Assembly (NCBI GenBank): GCA_010093605.1
Contig: MU004196.1
Coordinates: forward strand, 580,606 to 644,605
Length of the DNA stretch: 64,000 bases
Source: Lophium mytilinum
Taxonomy: Eukaryota
Direction: 5' to 3'
Part shown: positions 58,257 to 64,000 of the stretch, in pieces
How the letters are laid out: the number at the start of each line of letters is the position of its first letter
Position numbering within the stretch: the first letter of the stretch is position 1
Made by a program: the position numbers and the translations under genes
Notes under the pieces: generated by a model
The model's input: only the letters and a program-made list of their open reading frames with translations
The model's database searches: none
What the model was told of the DNA's origin: nothing

Positions 58257-60113
58257 GGCGGTTGCTAGAGCATGGGATGTCGCTCGCTCGATGCAAGGAA
58301 ACGAGGGTGAATGGTGAGAGCGCGTGGCGGGCTGCTCATATCATTGCTCGGAGGGAGAAGACGAGGGGAGCGAGTGGGTTAGATGGCTCAACGGCGGGCA
58401 CGGTGCGTGGCAGGTGGACGCGGAGCTTTCTCGTGTAACCGTGGAAGTGTGGTGCTGGGTAGGGCGCCGGTGTCGCGGTGGAGCGGACGCGGTGAAGGGG
58501 ATTCGGCGACTGCTGGGGCTTGTATGGGGCAGCACCTGCAGCGCGCCCGGTTGGAATTGGGAGCAAAACAGAGCAGACGGTGGGTGTGGAGGATGAAGTG
58601 GTGTTGGCAATTATGGGTTAGACGCGAGGGTCCCTGGCCGAAAGATAGCACTGAGATGCACGCAATGGCCGATAATTGGCCCCATCCCACCACGCTCACA
58701 ACGGCCGGCAGAGTAGCACTGCGATGGCAACACCTACGACGACAGCAACACGATCGGACCGCGCGCCGCAAAGAGACGGCGGCGTCAGCGCGGGCAGCTG
58801 GGGACGTTTGAGCGGCAAACCTCATCATCGGGGGCTCTACGAACTGCCAAATGCGATACCCAGCCTGCCACACCTTCGCCCAAAGCGAGCTCCCCCTCAG
58901 GCGTTCCTGAGTCTAGCCTGCGAGTTAGTGTGCCTCTTCAGGGGCGGCGCGAACACGCAACCCACCATTGATCGCCCGCCGCAATCAATCTGCCTGCACG
59001 GCACGGTGAAGCGGCTCGTCCACGACAATCTACCAATCTATCTCCAACTGCACAGCACTACACAGACACATGGCGACGGCTGGCGGCAGAATCAGACGTG
59101 AAAACAGGGCGGGAATAGGGCGCCAGGCCCAGCAGCCGCCATCTTCATGTGTTTATCGATGCGTGTCTCACGGCTAGGTACAGGCCATGACGCCGTCCCT
59201 GGTCGGTCGAGACTCCGGAGCCCCACCCGTGTACATACGTACCGCTGTGCGCATGCAGCGGGCTACTTGCAAAATAAACCCCGAATTCCCTTTCACCTCG
59301 TCCAGCCCTGCAGTGGCGGCCTCATCGCATTCACAAAACCCCACGGCGCCCCGTCGCCCGCCCGTATGCTGCTGCACACTTATCAGCCCGGCGCCGTTGC
59401 GACCTGGAGAAGATACACCAGACTCCAATCTGGGAATCGCCTCCCCTGCTCTCGCACTAACAACGCAGGGCCCCTGGGCCGGCGACGCTGCTTGGCCGCA
59501 GCTCGACTATACTTTTAGAACACACTATCCCCAGAACTACCTCTCCTAGACTCTCCTATCCCTCTCGTGAAGCAACATCGCGTCCAGTCGCGTCCAGCCG
59601 CCTCCTTTCCCGCGTCGCCTGCAGCTCTCCCACGTGAACGTGTACGGCGTGACTACAACCTCAAATGTGGTGTCCGCCGACGGCTTGCTGCATCTCTTTA
59701 GACGTCCCCTTCCATCAATCCCACCCCGGGCTGTCAACGCTCGACCCTGACACGGTGCCGGCTAACTGCAGCACGGCCTGCACGATTGAAGCTAATCTGC
59801 CAAATCAACGCCATGAGATCTTCCGTAACACCCTAATGACCGCCCCCAACTTCCACCAGCCGCTTTGCAGACCGCCGACGTTTGGTGCAACAAAGTTCCG
59901 AAACAGCCTCTAGCTCCCGTGACTGGTCGCCAAATAGCGTGACAGTAGTCTGGGCCTCCCTCATGAGTGAGTAAGGGTCTATTTGGAATCGGAGACGGAG
60001 ACAGTGCCGTCTGCTGCTTGTGGCTGCGGAATGCCCCTGTGCTAGTTGCGGAGGTGGAGATAGAGACGTGTGGTGTTGAGCTCCCTACTTTGCACAGTTG
60101 TGCCACCAGCGCG

Positions 60114-61191
60114 TCACCGTCGACTGGTGAGCCACCCCGTGCTCAGCGAGCCGCGATCGCCCAACGCACTCCGCCATTGGATGGTCAGCTGTCCAAGCAC
60201 CTTTCGCGGGTCGCCTGCAGGTACCCGTCCAACGCTGTCGTTGGCCTCGGCGTCCTCTTGCTCCTCGAGGAGGAAGGCGACTTGGATGACATCACGCGGA
60301 TTCAAGATGGGCGAGTGTGCGGCTTCCGGGCCTGGGACTCGCAGATCCCAATTCAGTGACGTTGACTTGAACGGTGGCTTGGGATTCACATTGACAGCCT
60401 GTGAATGAGAGTCAGTGACTAATGTCAGTGACGAGAAAGAGTAGACTCACCTCCAGCGAGACGGCGCTCTCGCCCATATTCTCCAGCTGCGCTTCCAGAG
60501 CATATTTCGAGAGCCGTCCCCGTGTCGGCAGATCCCCAGTCTTCGTGCGTACGCTCAGAAGCTGTTGGGCGATGAACTGATACAACTTCCTAAACGTCCG
60601 AACACGGCCACTTGCAGCCTTCCCTTCACCAGCCAGCTGTGTCTCCGTGTACGTGACTGTGACTGCAAGGACGTGTGGCCCCTCCTCCTTAAGCTCGAAC
60701 CGCAAGATCTTCTGCAATGATTCACCGGGGCCTGGCGACACTTCCTCCTCTTCTTCGGCCCCAGCCAGATCCAGAGCCACTCCTGCTGCGACCGAGGGAG
60801 TCTGCATGTCCGCTGCAATCCTGACTCCGCTTATGGAGCGTGCATGGTCCGACTCTTCTAGCTCGTTGTTGGCACAGAGAGTGCACGAGAAGTTTTCTCC
60901 CACATAAGCGCTGCCGAACGCCTCGGGGAGGTTCAGTACAGGACTGACGATGAATTGGTCATGTATATTGTCGGACGGGTAGCTCAGCGAAGCTTTGGGG
61001 GAGATTCCGAGGGCGGTCGAGTGTGGGAGCGGGTATTGGTATGCCAATGATGGCCTTGATAATCTTGAAGAAGATATGTATTAGCTCAAGCCTCGAGGAT
61101 TGGAGACAATCTCTTACCGAAGGACCTTCAGGCTGACTGTGTGTGGCCCCTTGAGGCCCTCGCCCATGGACTGGGTTCGCTGGTGTGCCAT
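60114..61191 (-). CDS. TRAPPC13: TRAPP complex subunit 13-like (DUF974), 3 exons
   Basis: HTVSLKVLR|LSRPSL; LNLPEAFGSAYVGENFSCTLCANN; LKEEGPHVLAVTVTY; FRKLYQF; LEAQLEN; LGQLTIQWRSALGDRGSLSTGWL. Confidence 0.9.
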
Positions 61192-61365
61192 TACAGCAAC
61201 GAGGACGATGGTGGGTTGTTGTTCAGCGGAGCTTCGAGTAATGTAGTGGGGTTTACAAATCCTCCCTATTGGCCGGTAGCTCGCCAAGGCCGCATTAACT
61301 TTGTCTCCAACTTATTTCTTAATTTTACGGAACTTGAGAACAGGCCTGGCCCTGGTCCTAGAAAG

Positions 61366-62013
61366 ATGGAGTCCGCAATTAATGATAATCCGATAGCATT
61401 ACACCGCTGCGCGGACATGGTCATTCTATCCAACACTCCAAAAGGTCGTGAGGATCTGCCTAGCTCGATTTGATATATTGACGGAAGTGCAGGGCGAGGT
61501 GTATTTGCTACTAAAGACATCCCAGCGAGGACAATCATAGATGTCTGTCCCGCTCTGGTTTTAGGCATAGGGGAAAACGAGGAACATATCAGACACACCT
61601 CGTTATACCACTACACCTAGTAAGCGACCTTTGATCATGATTGTTCTTCGGACGGGGTGAACATTGATACTATTATGCAGCAATTGGCCCATCAAGGATG
61701 AAAGCGGTAGAACTAGAGTTTCACAGGCCGTGATCTTCGGCCTCGGGTCGATGTTCAATCACAATACCGATCAAAATGTAGGCTGGGAACGGGACACTGA
61801 GCGCCTTTTGGTCTCATATCGCACTCTCCGTAACATCACCGCTGGAGAAGAGCTCTGTGCGTATACTAGATCTTGTTCTCCGGGAAGCCTCTAACATCAC
61901 CCCTAGGCATCAGCTACGGACCTCGGTTGACTTTCAAGGATGCAGATGGTGAAACCAACGTTCTCGAAGAAGAAGACGGACTAGAACAGTTGAATAGAAT
62001 ACAGCTTGGGTAG
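61366..62013 (+). CDS. Small SET-domain lysine methyltransferase (S. pombe Set7-like), 4 exons
   Basis: Manual splicing gives PKGRGVFATKDIP, YHYTYNWP, GLGSMFNH and ITAGEELCISYG (SET motifs GxG, NH, ELxxxY). Confidence 0.9.
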
Positions 62014-62224
62014 TGATTACACCTGACCTATCGCTACAAAGCATAAGAAGTCTGAGACGTTCCTCCTTCGCACCAGGAATTACGCCTCCCGAGTTCCACC
62101 ATATCCGGATACGCACGAAATGGAATCTATGCTGAATCAAAGGTACCGCCGAACTTAAACGCCGATAAAACAGAGTCAAGCAACCACAATTCCAAAAACC
62201 TGCCAGTTGCAGTTCTGGTTCGCA

Positions 62225-63988
62225 CTAAGTCGCAGCAACCTCGGTCTTTGCCACAAGGTCATCCTCGTTGTCAGATTGATTCTCTTCCGCTTCCGTGCGG
62301 AGTTCGTATAGAAGCTCGAAACACTCTTCCAGCAGCCCAGTGACGCTGCCCTGTCCGTCTGGTATGTCTGATCCAACCATGAACTTGCCATCTACCCTCA
62401 TGTTGTCGATCGAGTTCAGCTTCATGCTGTAGGGGTAAAGCTCTCGTGGGGAGTCGATGCCTCCGGATTTCTTCACTTCTACTAAGCATCGTTTCAACGT
62501 ATTGAGCTGATTGTAGATCGGTAGCAGGGCCTCCGAGACGGGTTCGGACGAGATGATGAGGTGGTAGATGATAGCGTAGCTCTTTCGTAGTAGGTATAGA
62601 AGAGTCTAGCACATTGTTAGCGCTACTTCACAGGCTCTGTAGGAACAGCCTACTCGTTGAGCATGTAGATCTGCCGGGACGTTCGAAGCATCCAGGAAGT
62701 TTCCGTTGACACGAGCCTCATCTATCCGGTCAAGCTGTCGTTGGAAGCTGTAAAGGTCCGTCTCCCTCAGCGACCAAGCTTGAGTGAGAGATAGCTTTTC
62801 CAACTTGTTGCGAATGTCCAGCAATTTGTCGTAGGTCTCTTGGAATCTCTCATCGATCTTTCCCTGCCTAGACAAACTGTAAGTCTAAATGAGGGCAAGA
62901 TTCGGAGACTACGTACTTTTGTTTAATGAGTTCAGTCCAAAGAAAGCATCTCGAGAGCAACGTTGCAACGAGATTAGTGGCCTCCGGGGCAGGCTCGGGA
63001 TGTTCGATGGCGAGTTTCAATTTCCGCGCCATCTCCGCCAACTGCTCATCCATCGTGCCCTCGGTCTCAAGTGGGACGACTCCATCTGCAACTAGGCTTT
63101 CCTGAAGCTCCACAAGCTGCTGTCGGAACTCTTCAACTTCGGCGGTTGGGAACTGTGAAGCTTTAGTTAGGTGTCAAAGTAAGGCCGAATAATACTTCAG
63201 TACCTTTGATCTGGTGTTGCAAGCAGACAGGGACCGGAGGATGGACACCAGTTTGTCGTACTTCGGGCGCAGTTCCGGAGTTAGGTGAGACAGGGACAGC
63301 TCTAGCTCTGAAAGGATGTCTTGACAAAGTTGAATCCTGGCTTCCAGAAGGGTCAATAAGTTGGGACTGTAGCTTTCTCGGCCCCTTTCACAGTAATCTC
63401 GGGATTTCTGCAGACTGGTACTGATAGAATCCAGGTCCTTCGGAGAGAAGAATGACGCTTCCTTGAGATGTTCGAGTAGACGCTGCAACAGTTGATAAGC
63501 AAGAGCCCATGAAAGCCGGTGTTTTATTCGTTACTCACTTTTATCGTTGATATGGCGGAATATCTGGAAGCGCAAGTTAGTCAGCAAGTGGCAACAGTGG
63601 CAATCATGGATAGGAATTGATGTTGCGTACACAGCAGGTGCCTCGTGGTTTTTGCCTATTGTCAAGAATGATAGCGAGATGAGTTGGAAGCAATCATCCA
63701 AGACCGTATCGACTAGTGATTGGCCGAGGTAATCAGCGGCATGTATCGTCAGTTCGTTCACGGACAAGTACCTCTGTTCTGCTCATTGCGCTTGTTCGCC
63801 CGGAGCTCGTTGAGTATGGTCACTTGCTCGATGAGTTGATTGTACAGGGCTACTACATCCTCCGACTTGACATAGGTCGACCTGTCCCCTTTCAAGAGCT
63901 CGAGGTCCGTTCGAATGGAGAGCAGCTTGTCCAAGATCGGCTGCTCGCGCGGATCCAGCGGTATGCGCACGGCGGGAGAGTCGGTCAT
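62225..63988 (-). CDS. CUB1: UPF0662 / Cub1 (YPL260W-like, DUF2408) protein; multi-exon
   Basis: MTDSPAV...DRSTYVKS; VLDDCFQLISLSFLTIGKNHEAPA; LSLTQAWSLRETDLY; EPVSEALLPIYNQL; RELYPYSMKLNSIDNMRVDGKF...IPDGQG. Confidence 0.9.
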
Positions 63989-64000
63989 TGTTGGTTGCGC

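Noticed and set aside
1..64000. Starship captain (DUF3435 tyrosine recombinase), secondary metabolite cluster, gasdermin or amyloid signalling motif, tRNA/rRNA
   Set aside because: No matching motifs recognised by eye; small RNA genes or short amyloid motifs could have been missed without a scan.

Overview
Eukaryotic DNA from a filamentous ascomycete (Pezizomycotina, probably Dothideomycetes): short GT-AG introns with CTRAC branch points and repeats carrying RIP (repeat-induced point mutation). About 17 spliced genes: an NWD-type NACHT-WD40 NLR, a PQ-loop membrane protein, a NirA-like Zn2Cys6 factor, an Ecm25-like RhoGAP, RQC1/TCF25, PTC5, two HeLo-like-N-domain genes, a Pro-rich hypothetical, an F-box protein, flbA, a DUF7730-type protein, a DENN protein, TRAPPC13, a Set7-like SET protein, CUB1/UPF0662 and a candidate small orphan gene. 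Repeats: a 4.1 kb RIP-destroyed pogo transposon with intact 38 bp TIRs and TA TSD, and a 0.66 kb RIP-mutated MITE. Best lead: the gene at 33447-36825 splices by hand into one intact ORF of ~1045 aa in which a HeLo-like N-terminal domain is followed by pieces resembling unrelated housekeeping proteins (Sec9 Qc-SNARE helix, a Vac7 motif, a Zn2Cys6 cluster). A second HeLo-like gene ~6 kb away carries an NBR1-like ZZ finger and one premature TAG. This suggests NOD-less 'integrated decoy/bait' proteins in a fungus. All family calls are from motif recognition by eye; no searches were run.
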